A stretch of 64,000 nucleotides of DNA, taken from assembly GCA_036396895.1 (NCBI GenBank), contig DASWKB010000043.1, positions 1,366-65,365 of the forward strand, given 5' to 3'. Below the pieces are notes generated by a model. The model had not been told where the DNA came from. It made no database searches and worked only from the letters and a program-made list of their open reading frames with translations. Made by a program: the position numbers and the translations under genes. This DNA is from a bacterium. GTDB taxonomy: Bacteria > Omnitrophota > Gorgyraeia > Aquiviventales > Aquiviventaceae. Shown here in pieces: positions 17,337-25,289 of this stretch; position 1 is the first letter of the stretch; every line of letters begins with the position of its first letter.

Positions 17337-17365
17337 CAAAAATCCGGGACAGTCCCGGGTTTTTT
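17337..17365. repeat. single REP (aaaaatCCGGGACAGTCCCGGGtttttt)
   Basis: It lies between divergent gene starts (17206 on the minus strand, 17393 on the plus strand). At this locus it cannot be acting as a terminator. Confidence 0.85.
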
Positions 17366-17392
17366 CAGAGGCCGTGGCGGAGGCGGACGGTG

Positions 17393-18895
17393 ATGGAAGC
17401 GATCCTGGACAAAATCGAGCAGCTGGAGCGCGAGCACGACCAGCCGGACCCGGCGCTGCTGCGCCGCTTCAACATCAAGCTGGGCCTGCGCAACGCCGAC
17501 GGCAGCGGAGTCGTGGTCGGCCTGACGGCGAAGGGGACCGTCATCGGGTATGTAAAGGTGCCCAAGGGCGGCGGGACCCCGGCCCCGGAGGTGCTCAACA
17601 ACCTGCACATCCCGGGCCTGCCGTCCGGGACGCACGTCAGCCCCGCGCTCGCCATCTATTACCTGCTCCACGGGATCGTGCCTTCACCGGAGACGCTCAA
17701 GTCGTTCGAAAGCCGCCTGGCGGACCAGCGCGAGTACGAGATCCGACCGGTGGAGGGCGAGCTGTACTACTGCGGATATAACGTCGCGGAGCTGGTGCGC
17801 CACATCGAGTCGGAGCAGCGCTTTGGATTCGAAGAGGCGGCGTATCTCCTGCTCACCGGCGCGCTTCCCTCGCGGCGGGACCTGGGGGCCTTCACGGAGG
17901 AGCTCTCGTCGCGCCGCAGCCTCCCCAAAGCCGCCCAGCGGCTCATCATGTCGGACTCCGCTAACGAAGACCAGATGAACGCGCTCCACCGGTCGGTCTC
18001 GGCGATGAGCCTGTTCGATGAGGACCCGAACTCCCGGAGCCTCCGGGTCATCACGCGCCAGGGCATCGATCTGCTCGCGAAGATTCCGACGATCGTGGCG
18101 TACAACTACCAGGCGACGGCGTTTGCCCGCGGGCACGGCACGGGGCTGATTACCCCTCGGCCTGAGCTGAGCACGGCCGAGAACTTCCTCTACATGCTCA
18201 ATGGGCGCGAGCCGGACCCGCAGCAGGCGCGCCTGCTGGATATGGCCCTCATCCTGCACGCGGAGCACGGCGGGGGGAACAACTCCACCTTCACGGTGCG
18301 GGTGGTCTCCTCGAGCCAGGCCAATACTTACATGGCGCTGACCTCCGGCATCGCGTCGCTAAGCGGGCATCTGCACGGCGGCGCCAACGAGGCCGTGATG
18401 CGCATGATGCGCGGTGTCAAGGACGCCGTCGGGGATTGGACCGACGAGGCGGAGCTTGAAGCGCACCTGCAGCGCCTGCTCGACCGGGAGGCCGGAGACA
18501 AGAGCGGCAAGCTCTACGGCATCGGCCACGCGGTGTACACGCGCTCTGATCCGCGGGCGGGCATTCTCGAGCGGCATGCCGGCGCGCTGGCGGATGCGCT
18601 TGGAAGAACGGACGAGTTCCGGCTGTATCAGCGGACCGCCGCCATCGGCTCGGCGCTGGTGGTCCGGCAGAAAGGCAAGCCGGTCGCCCCGAACGTCGAT
18701 TTCTACTCGGGGCTGGTGTACGACATGCTCGGGATCCCCGTCGAGGTGTTCACGCCGCTCTTCGCGATGGCGCGCGTCGCCGGCTGGACCGCGCACCGGC
18801 TGGAGCAGCTCCTGCAGCAGCGGATTATCCGGCCGGCGTACGTGTCATCCTTTACGATGCCGCATCAGTACGTTCCGCTCTCAGCGCGAACGTAG
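17393..18895 (+). CDS. gltA: citrate synthase family protein
   Basis: LHAEHGGGNNSTF, GHAVYTRSDPR and FYSGLVY. The track ORF is trimmed to the ATG at 17393 because its N-terminus was a REP read-through. Confidence 0.85.
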   Translation: MEAILDKIEQLEREHDQPDPALLRRFNIKLGLRNADGSGVVVGLTAKGTVIGYVKVPKGGGTPAPEVLNNLHIPGLPSGTHVSPALAIYYLLHGIVPSPETLKSFESRLADQREYEIRPVEGELYYCGYNVAELVRHIESEQRFGFEEAAYLLLTGALPSRRDLGAFTEELSSRRSLPKAAQRLIMSDSANEDQMNALHRSVSAMSLFDEDPNSRSLRVITRQGIDLLAKIPTIVAYNYQATAFARGHGTGLITPRPELSTAENFLYMLNGREPDPQQARLLDMALILHAEHGGGNNSTFTVRVVSSSQANTYMALTSGIASLSGHLHGGANEAVMRMMRGVKDAVGDWTDEAELEAHLQRLLDREAGDKSGKLYGIGHAVYTRSDPRAGILERHAGALADALGRTDEFRLYQRTAAIGSALVVRQKGKPVAPNVDFYSGLVYDMLGIPVEVFTPLFAMARVAGWTAHRLEQLLQQRIIRPAYVSSFTMPHQYVPLSART

Positions 18896-18903
18896 GCGGC
18901 GCG

Positions 18904-19659
18904 TCAGACCGTCAGGGACGGCCCCCAGGTCCTCAGCCATCCGATCGCCTGCCGGTACTCAGGACACTGCGCCGCCACGAGCGACCAAAACCGGCGCGAG
19001 TGATTCAGCTCGATCAGGTGCATCAGCTCGTGCAGGATGACGTACTCGCGCACCGCGGACGGCGCCATCATGATCCGGTAGCTGAACCGCAGGACGCCGC
19101 CGGCCGAGCAGCTGCCCCAGCGCGACCACGCCGACCCCACCGAGATTCTGCGCCAACGGAGTCCGAGCGGCGTCCCCAACGCCGCGACGCGCTCAGGCAG
19201 GACCGCGCCCGCGAGGCGCAGATACCACCGCCTGAGCAACGCGCGCGCCCCTTCGATGTCCGGGCGGCGCATCTCGACCACCAGCAGGCCGTCGCGCCGG
19301 CGGACCGCGCCGCACCGTGCCGCGGCGATGCGTACGTCGTGCTCGATCCCGTCGACCAAGAGCGTCCGGCCGTACGGCCAGCGCACCAGGCGGGCAGATC
19401 CGGTATGGTCGAGTCTGCCAAGCTGACGGAGGATCCACGACCGGTAGCGGGCGAGCAACAGGCTGACGGGCTCGTGCGGACGCCCGGCGGGCACCGTCAC
19501 GACCAGGCCGGTCGCCGGGCTCACGGAGAGGCTGGCGTGTTTCGCGCGGAGGCTCGCGCGGACGGCATAGCGGACCGGGCGGTCACCGCCGTCCCAGACC
19601 GCCTCAGGCCAGCGCAGTGCGCCCGCAGCGACCGGCTCCTGCTTTCTCATCCGCGCCAT
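18904..19659 (-). CDS. YgjP-like (DUF45/M48 family) metal-dependent hydrolase
   Basis: WGSCSAGGVLRFSYRIMMAP...ILHELMHLIELNHSRRFW contains HExxH. Confidence 0.8.
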   Translation of the reverse strand: MARMRKQEPVAAGALRWPEAVWDGGDRPVRYAVRASLRAKHASLSVSPATGLVVTVPAGRPHEPVSLLLARYRSWILRQLGRLDHTGSARLVRWPYGRTLLVDGIEHDVRIAAARCGAVRRRDGLLVVEMRRPDIEGARALLRRWYLRLAGAVLPERVAALGTPLGLRWRRISVGSAWSRWGSCSAGGVLRFSYRIMMAPSAVREYVILHELMHLIELNHSRRFWSLVAAQCPEYRQAIGWLRTWGPSLTV

Positions 19660-19672
19660 TCTACCCAACAAC

Positions 19673-20493
19673 CCGGGACAGTCCCGGTTTTTAATCCGGG
19701 ACTGTCCCGGGTTTTTCTTGGCGCTTGCGGGGACGGCCGGCTGGCCGCCGCTGCTCGTGTATCCCGTATTCGGAAGCCAGTTGCTTGAGAAATATGGGGG
19801 CGCCAATGGCTCGGCAGGCCTCGGTATTCTTCAGGAAGACTGCCTTGAGTGTTGCGGGGGTCCGAACTCGCAGGAAGGTTCGCCAATCCGGAACCATCGC
19901 GCGAAGCGATTCGTCACCTCGGACGACGATATCGCGGTCACGGTCTCTCGTATGATGGCGAGCGCTCGACCAGGGATACTCCCAGGCCTGCTGCACGAGC
20001 CGGGCCCTCACCGGATTCTGCTCCACGTATCGGACTGCAGCCACTGCATGGGAAGCATCCATCACACTGGACTTGAATCGTCCCTGCCACAGGTGTCCCG
20101 ACCATCCCTTGCGGCGATTAATGCGGATCGCGTATTTCGTATTGACCACACCCAAGCAGCGCGCCAGTGAGTCCAACCGAGCGGGCACGGCAACCAAATG
20201 GACGTGATTGGTCATGAGACAGTACGCCCAGACATCCACTCCACACGCGCGTGTCGCTTCAGCAAGCCAGCGAAGATAGGCACGGCGATCCTGATCAGTG
20301 AAGAAGATCGTCTGACGGCGGTTCCCCCGCTGAACGATATGGTGTGGAAACCCAGGAACAACCTGGCGAGCCGATCGAGGCATAGCCCCCCCCCTTCTGG
20401 ATGCGTCGGGTGGGGAGCCCGATGACGCTGCGTATCATATCAAAGAAATCCGGGACAGTCCCGGTTTTTAATCCGGGACTGTCCCGGGTTTTT
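19673..20493 (-). mobile_element. RAYT gene bracketed by two identical 44-nt REP doublets (REPIN-RAYT unit)
   Basis: ccgggacagtcccggtttttaatccgggactgtcccgggttttt occurs at 19673-19716 and 20450-20493 in the same orientation. Confidence 0.8.
19691..20383 (-). CDS. REP-associated tyrosine transposase (RAYT; IS200/IS605-like Y1 HUH enzyme)
   Basis: The sequence runs MPRSARQVVPGFPHHIVQRGNRRQTIFF...CLMTNHVHLV (HUH)...RYVEQNPVRARLV (catalytic Tyr). The last codons (KPGTVPD) and the stop are encoded by the flanking REP. Confidence 0.85.
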   Translation of the reverse strand: MPRSARQVVPGFPHHIVQRGNRRQTIFFTDQDRRAYLRWLAEATRACGVDVWAYCLMTNHVHLVAVPARLDSLARCLGVVNTKYAIRINRRKGWSGHLWQGRFKSSVMDASHAVAAVRYVEQNPVRARLVQQAWEYPWSSARHHTRDRDRDIVVRGDESLRAMVPDWRTFLRVRTPATLKAVFLKNTEACRAIGAPIFLKQLASEYGIHEQRRPAGRPRKRQEKPGTVPD

Positions 20494-20500
20494 GATGGGC

Positions 20501-21271
20501 CTAGGGAGGTGAGGAGGTGGCGGTGGAGCCGGCGGGTGAGCCAGCGATCGAGCGGAATCGGGCCGCCGCGCTCGGCGGGAAGGCGGTCATGCGCGTCGCC
20601 GAGGGCGAGGCGGATGCCGACTCCTCCTCCCGCGGCGGCTGCCGCCACTGGACGTCTTTGAGCGTGATGGTCCCGTCATCGCCCACCAGGAGCTCGTGCG
20701 CGATGATCACCCACTGATCCGTCGAGCCCATGACGAACGCCGTCGTCACGACGACTTCGAAGCCCGCGCCGGTCCTGGTGAAGGCCATGGTGGGATCCTG
20801 GACCTGGCTGAACCATTCCGCCCCGTACCGCCGGCCGGCGGGCGAGGCCGGCACGCCCAGGTCGGCCATCGACCCGTCAAGCGGCAGGACGAGATCGAGG
20901 AAGAACCACACGTAATCTTCCAGCTGCGGCGGCGCGAGCTCCATGTGCTCGGCGGCGGCGATCGCGTTGAAGTGGCCGATGGCGTCCGCCGCGGATAAGC
21001 CGTCGCTCCCGATGGTCAGCGCTTTCGTCTCCTTCGCCGGGGTCACGGCGATGACGGGGCTGGACGGGTCGCGGGCCTCATCCACCGCGAACACCTCATG
21101 CTGCATCCAATACGGCTGCGGGATGAGCTGCCAGGCGCCCTTGGCCGGAGGCAGCGGGGGCGCGTCCGGATCCTCTTCTCCGCGCAGGGGCGCGCCGCCG
21201 GCGCCGATCAGGATCGCCACGGCCATGAAGGCCGCGCGGCGCGGCGGGCCGGGTAAGCGTGGCGGGCGCAT
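20501..21271 (-). CDS. exported protein, unknown function
   Basis: 256-aa ORF with an N-terminal hydrophobic anchor (AAFMAVAILIGAGGA). It sits 4 nt downstream of the yihY-like stop. Confidence 0.45.
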   Translation of the reverse strand: MRPPRLPGPPRRAAFMAVAILIGAGGAPLRGEEDPDAPPLPPAKGAWQLIPQPYWMQHEVFAVDEARDPSSPVIAVTPAKETKALTIGSDGLSAADAIGHFNAIAAAEHMELAPPQLEDYVWFFLDLVLPLDGSMADLGVPASPAGRRYGAEWFSQVQDPTMAFTRTGAGFEVVVTTAFVMGSTDQWVIIAHELLVGDDGTITLKDVQWRQPPREEESASASPSATRMTAFPPSAAARFRSIAGSPAGSTATSSPP

Positions 21272-21275
21272 CGGA

Positions 21276-22589
21276 TCAGAGATCGCGCAGCAGCGCGTTG
21301 TGCGGAGACTCGACTAACTGCTTGTCGAAGGTCTCCAACGTCTTCCGGAGCCCAGCCAGCGCCCGCGCATCGACCATGTCCGGGTGGTCCTCTCCGCGGG
21401 TTTCGAGGGCGTCCAGCACGGCCTTCACCGTCAGTTTGTCAGTGGCGCGCGCGGGCTGATAGGTCTCGCCGGCCGGGCCGTTCCTCTGCACTTCCGTCAG
21501 GACGCCGGCCTGCACCAGCTCATACAAGACGTCCCGGATCAGGCGGATGGGCGCCTCGAGTTCGCGCGCTAGCGCCCGCGCACTCGCCGGTCCGGCGCCG
21601 CGCTCGAACTGCTTGACGCACAGCACAGCCGCCCGCAACCCCACCAGCCGCTTGAAGCGCACACTGGCGCGCGCGCAGTCCGGCTCGAACTCATATGTTT
21701 CCTCGTTATCGACGGCGAACGACAGCTCCGCGCCGAAGAGCACGATCAGCCAGCTCAGCTGCAGCCACACCAGGAACAGCGGCAGGGCCGCGAAGCCTCC
21801 GTAGACCGCGTTGTACTTCGACATGCCGACTTGGAAATACACGTAGCCCCACTGCACCAGCTGGTAGATCGTGCCGGCCACGATGCCGCCCGTCAGGCCC
21901 GCCCTCCAGCTCACCTTGGTGTTCGGCATGAAGATGTAGAGGAAGGTCAGCAGCAGCCACAGCACGCTGTAGGGCAGCACAGCGAGGAGCGGCAGGACCA
22001 GATTTCGGACCGGCCCGAGCCACTCCAGCTGCGCCATGAGCCCGGTGACCTGACTGGCGAGAAACACCGTCACGCTGCCCGCCAGCGTCAGCAGCACCGG
22101 GCAGATCAGCATGATCGACAGATAATCCGTCATCTTCCTGACCATCGGCCGGCCGGACTTGACCCCCCAGATGTCGTTGAAGGAGCGCTCGATATTCCCC
22201 AGGACCTTGATGATGGTCCAGAACAAGAGCGCTACGCCGATGCCTGCAATCACGCCGCCTTTGGTGTTCGTGAGAAACGCGTCGGTGAATTGCAGCAGCC
22301 ACTGGAGGACCTCCTGTTGATTCTGCAGGCGCTCCCGCAGCATCGCCTCCAGATGGGTCTGGATGCCGAAGCCCTTGGCAATGCCGAACGCCATCGCCAG
22401 CATGGGCACCGTCGAGAGGAGGGTGTAGTACGTCAGTGCGGAGGCCCGGAGCTTGCAGCCGTCCTCGCCGAACCCGCGCATCGCCAAGAGCATCACGCGC
22501 AGCGGGCGGAACGCCAACGCCTGCCGACGGGTCAGTGCACGGCTGCGCAGCCGCCAGAGATCCCGCTTGAGGAACGTCATGAGCCGTTG
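21276..22589 (-). CDS. YihY/BrkB family membrane protein with C-terminal winged-helix-like extension
   Basis: LRASALTYYTLLSTVPMLAM plus six TM segments. The C-terminal roughly 110 aa is soluble (LARELEAPIRLIRDVLYELVQAGVL). Confidence 0.8.
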   Translation of the reverse strand, partial: QRLMTFLKRDLWRLRSRALTRRQALAFRPLRVMLLAMRGFGEDGCKLRASALTYYTLLSTVPMLAMAFGIAKGFGIQTHLEAMLRERLQNQQEVLQWLLQFTDAFLTNTKGGVIAGIGVALLFWTIIKVLGNIERSFNDIWGVKSGRPMVRKMTDYLSIMLICPVLLTLAGSVTVFLASQVTGLMAQLEWLGPVRNLVLPLLAVLPYSVLWLLLTFLYIFMPNTKVSWRAGLTGGIVAGTIYQLVQWGYVYFQVGMSKYNAVYGGFAALPLFLVWLQLSWLIVLFGAELSFAVDNEETYEFEPDCARASVRFKRLVGLRAAVLCVKQFERGAGPASARALARELEAPIRLIRDVLYELVQAGVLTEVQRNGPAGETYQPARATDKLTVKAVLDALETRGEDHPDMVDARALAGLRKTLETFDKQLVESPHNALLRDL

Positions 22590-22654
22590 CATCAAGTTCG
22601 TATCATAGCAGATTCGCGCGCCCTCCGGCACGTCCTCCTGGCGTCTCCCGCTTC

Positions 22655-22723
22655 AAAAACCCGGGACTGTCCCGGAAAAACCCGGGACTGTCCCGGGTTT
22701 TAATGCGGGACTGTCCCGGGTTT
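22655..22723. repeat. tandem triplet of REPs (all GGGACTGTCCC orientation)
   Basis: aaaaacccgggactgtcccgg / aaaaacccgggactgtcccgggtttt / aatgcgggactgtcccgggttt. Confidence 0.85.
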
Positions 22724-22733
22724 CTGGAGGAGG

Positions 22734-23366
22734 TTACCAGCCGAGGGCGATGACGGCGAGGCCCGTGAGGACGATGACGAGTCCCGCGAAGGTGTGCGCG
22801 TAGCGCTCCATCCAGGCCGGATGGAAGAGGCGCATCCCCGCGTACGCCAGGCAGCTCTGGCCGACGACCATGGCGATGGTCACCAGGGAGAACACCGCCG
22901 CGACCAGCGTGACCGCCGCCATGCCGCGCTCATACGCCAGGAACATGAGAGGAATCAGCGGCTCGCAGGGGCCGAAGACGAGGATGGCGATCAGCAGCCA
23001 GACCCGGCGCGTCGCGTAGGCCTTGACCGCCTCCTGGATCGAGACGTGCGGATGCGGGTGCTGGGCGTGCTTCAAGCCCCACAGCGCGTATGCCATGCCG
23101 AAGCCGATCAGCAGCCAGATCGCGACGCTGCCCCGCCAGGTCTCGGCGCCCTCGAGCCGATGCACAGCCCAGCCGGCCCACAGCCCGATCATGCCGATGA
23201 GGAGCGAGGAGGCGACATGGCCGATGCCGGCCAGGGTCGAAATGAACGCGAGCCGCCGCATGGGCCAGCGGCTTCCGCGCGCCAGCGCGACGAACGGCAG
23301 CCAGTGATCCGGGGCCACGGCGTGAAAGAACGCCACCGACACCGCAGACAGAATCAACAGTTCCAT
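22734..23366 (-). CDS. polytopic membrane protein, putative metal-ion (Ni/Co-type) transporter
   Basis: FHAVAPDHWLP motif, a His-rich loop (KHAQHPHPH) and 6 TM segments. The functional assignment is tentative. Confidence 0.5.
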   Translation of the reverse strand: MELLILSAVSVAFFHAVAPDHWLPFVALARGSRWPMRRLAFISTLAGIGHVASSLLIGMIGLWAGWAVHRLEGAETWRGSVAIWLLIGFGMAYALWGLKHAQHPHPHVSIQEAVKAYATRRVWLLIAILVFGPCEPLIPLMFLAYERGMAAVTLVAAVFSLVTIAMVVGQSCLAYAGMRLFHPAWMERYAHTFAGLVIVLTGLAVIALGW

Positions 23367-23406
23367 CGGTGATTTCCGTTTGAGGAAATTTGCGAAGTAA
23401 ATTTCC

Positions 23407-23844
23407 TCAGGAACAGCTGTACTCGGAATCGGACGCGCCCGAGCCGGCCCGGTACAGGTACGAGCCCGCCGCCACCGCGCCGATGAAGACGAACGCCGGC
23501 CAGATCCCGAGCGCTAGCAGCGAGACGCCGGGGCCGGGGCAGTATCCGCTGAGCCCCCACCCGATGCCGAACAACGCCGAGCCGAGGACGAGCGGCCGGT
23601 CGAAGCCCTTCCGGTCGGCCAGCGTGAACCGCACCTCGAGCACCGGCTTCGGCAGGCGAAGCACGAACCGGAACAGGACGAGCGCCGTCCCCGCCGCGCC
23701 GATCATCACGTACAGCAGCGTCGGATCCCACGCGCCCGCGACATCCAGGAATCCCAGAATCCGGGCGCGGTCCACCATCTGCGACATGGCCAGCCCTGCG
23801 CCGAAGAGCGTCCCCACGAGCAGCGTCGCCAGATGCCTCGCCAT
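23407..23844 (-). CDS. YeeE/YedE family (sulfur-compound transport) membrane protein, second half-gene
   Basis: GIGWGLSGYCPGPG. The start overlaps the upstream stop by 1 nt (TGATG). Confidence 0.75.
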   Translation of the reverse strand: MARHLATLLVGTLFGAGLAMSQMVDRARILGFLDVAGAWDPTLLYVMIGAAGTALVLFRFVLRLPKPVLEVRFTLADRKGFDRPLVLGSALFGIGWGLSGYCPGPGVSLLALGIWPAFVFIGAVAAGSYLYRAGSGASDSEYSCS

Positions 23845-24290
23845 CACAGCGCCCTGCCCATGACGTGCCGGAGGAGGAACACGGTGAGGAAGCCCGCCGC
23901 CATGAACGTCAGCGTGGCGATCAGGGACCGGAGCGAGAGCCGTCCGATGCCGCAGACGCCGTGGCCGCTCGTGCAGCCGCCACCCATGCGCGTGCCGTAC
24001 CCGACCAGCAGGCCACCGAACAAGATCAGAATCGGATCCGCGCTGACGGCCTCCTTCGCGTGGGAGACCGCCCCCGGAAACGCCGCCGCGTACGTCCAGC
24101 AGCCCAGCACCAACCCGGCGAGATAGAGCGCCCGCCACAACGATTGACCGCGCTGCGGCGGTATGAGCCCATGGATCATGCCGCTGTTGCCCGCGATGCG
24201 GCCGGTAAGCCAGAGGAACAACGTCACCGCAAGGCCGATGAGCGCGCCGCCGGCCAGGGCGGTTCCGGGATCCAATGACGCCATCGTCAT
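23844..24290 (-). CDS. YeeE/YedE family membrane protein, first half-gene
   Basis: GYGTRMGGGCTSGHGVCG is the conserved Cys motif. Confidence 0.8.
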   Translation of the reverse strand: MTMASLDPGTALAGGALIGLAVTLFLWLTGRIAGNSGMIHGLIPPQRGQSLWRALYLAGLVLGCWTYAAAFPGAVSHAKEAVSADPILILFGGLLVGYGTRMGGGCTSGHGVCGIGRLSLRSLIATLTFMAAGFLTVFLLRHVMGRAL

Positions 24291-24379
24291 CTCCGTCGAT
24301 TGCCGTGCGCCACGCCGCCTGTCTGTATTATTGCAGAAGGCGCCCGCCGGAGCCAGCCCCGCGCAGGCCGGACGCCGGC

Positions 24380-25240
24380 TCACTGGAGAGCAAAGAACTC
24401 AAGCATCCGCTCGGCCGGGGACACCACATCCCCCGGCCACGCATGCCCCGCCCCGCGGATGCTCAGGAGCTCCACCGCGGCGCCGGCGGCGCAGCCGCGA
24501 TACCGCTCATGCCGCAGCGATGCGTCTTCCCGCCGCTCGGGTTCCCCGCGGCAGCCGTTGTGCCGGGCCCAGAACGCCATGACCTCGCCGACCGGGCGGT
24601 CGAGCCGCTCGGAGTCCCCATCCGCCGGATACCCCCCGCCGTACGGCACGCGCCGGTCGGCCGTGCCGTGGATTTCCAGGATCGACACCGGCGCGGCGGG
24701 GCGGCACTCCTCGACGGCGAGCGTGCCGGCCACGGACGCGACCGCCGCCACGCGGCCGGCGAGCTCGCACGCGGCGCGGTGCGCCATCATGCCGCCGTTC
24801 GACACCCCGGCGACATACACGCGCCCGGGATCGCCGTCCTCGTCGCGGATCACGGCGTCGATCACGGCGTCCAGGAACGCCGTGTCGTCGACCCGATGGG
24901 CCGCCGCGTACCCGCAGCACGCGCCGGCGTTCCAGCTCCGCCACGGGATGCCGAGCATGCTGGTTCCCTCCGGATACACGGCGATGAACCCGCGCGCATG
25001 CGCATACCGGCCCAATCCGGAGCGCGCCGCCGCGCGCCGCGCCGTGCCGCCGTCGCCGTGGAGGAAGATCACGACGGCCCGCCGGCCCGTGCGCGCGGGA
25101 ACCGCCGGCGCGTCCACCCAGTACGCGCGCATCCGGCCGCCGCTGGGGAGCCCGCGGCGGCTCTGGGCCCACCCCGATTCCGCCGGGCACGCCAGCATGG
25201 CGGCGCCGGCGAGCAGCGTGACACGCATCGCGCGCCTCAT
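24380..25240 (-). CDS. secreted esterase (PHB depolymerase / LpqC-like alpha/beta hydrolase)
   Basis: Signal peptide, VIFLHGDGG, the nucleophile elbow GVSNGGMM, and IHGTAD. Confidence 0.7.
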   Translation of the reverse strand: MRRAMRVTLLAGAAMLACPAESGWAQSRRGLPSGGRMRAYWVDAPAVPARTGRRAVVIFLHGDGGTARRAAARSGLGRYAHARGFIAVYPEGTSMLGIPWRSWNAGACCGYAAAHRVDDTAFLDAVIDAVIRDEDGDPGRVYVAGVSNGGMMAHRAACELAGRVAAVASVAGTLAVEECRPAAPVSILEIHGTADRRVPYGGGYPADGDSERLDRPVGEVMAFWARHNGCRGEPERREDASLRHERYRGCAAGAAVELLSIRGAGHAWPGDVVSPAERMLEFFALQ

Positions 25241-25289
25241 GGCGCCGACTATAACACGCGCGGGCCCTTTCTGCTATCCTACCGGCCTG

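Noticed and set aside
22655-22723. Tandem REP copies (also 54504-54671) considered as a possible CRISPR array
   Set aside because: The repeat units are 17-25 nt with spacers of only 0-5 nt, apart from one gap of about 95 nt. There are no unique spacers of about 30 nt and no cas genes, and the same palindrome occurs as singletons at many gene ends.
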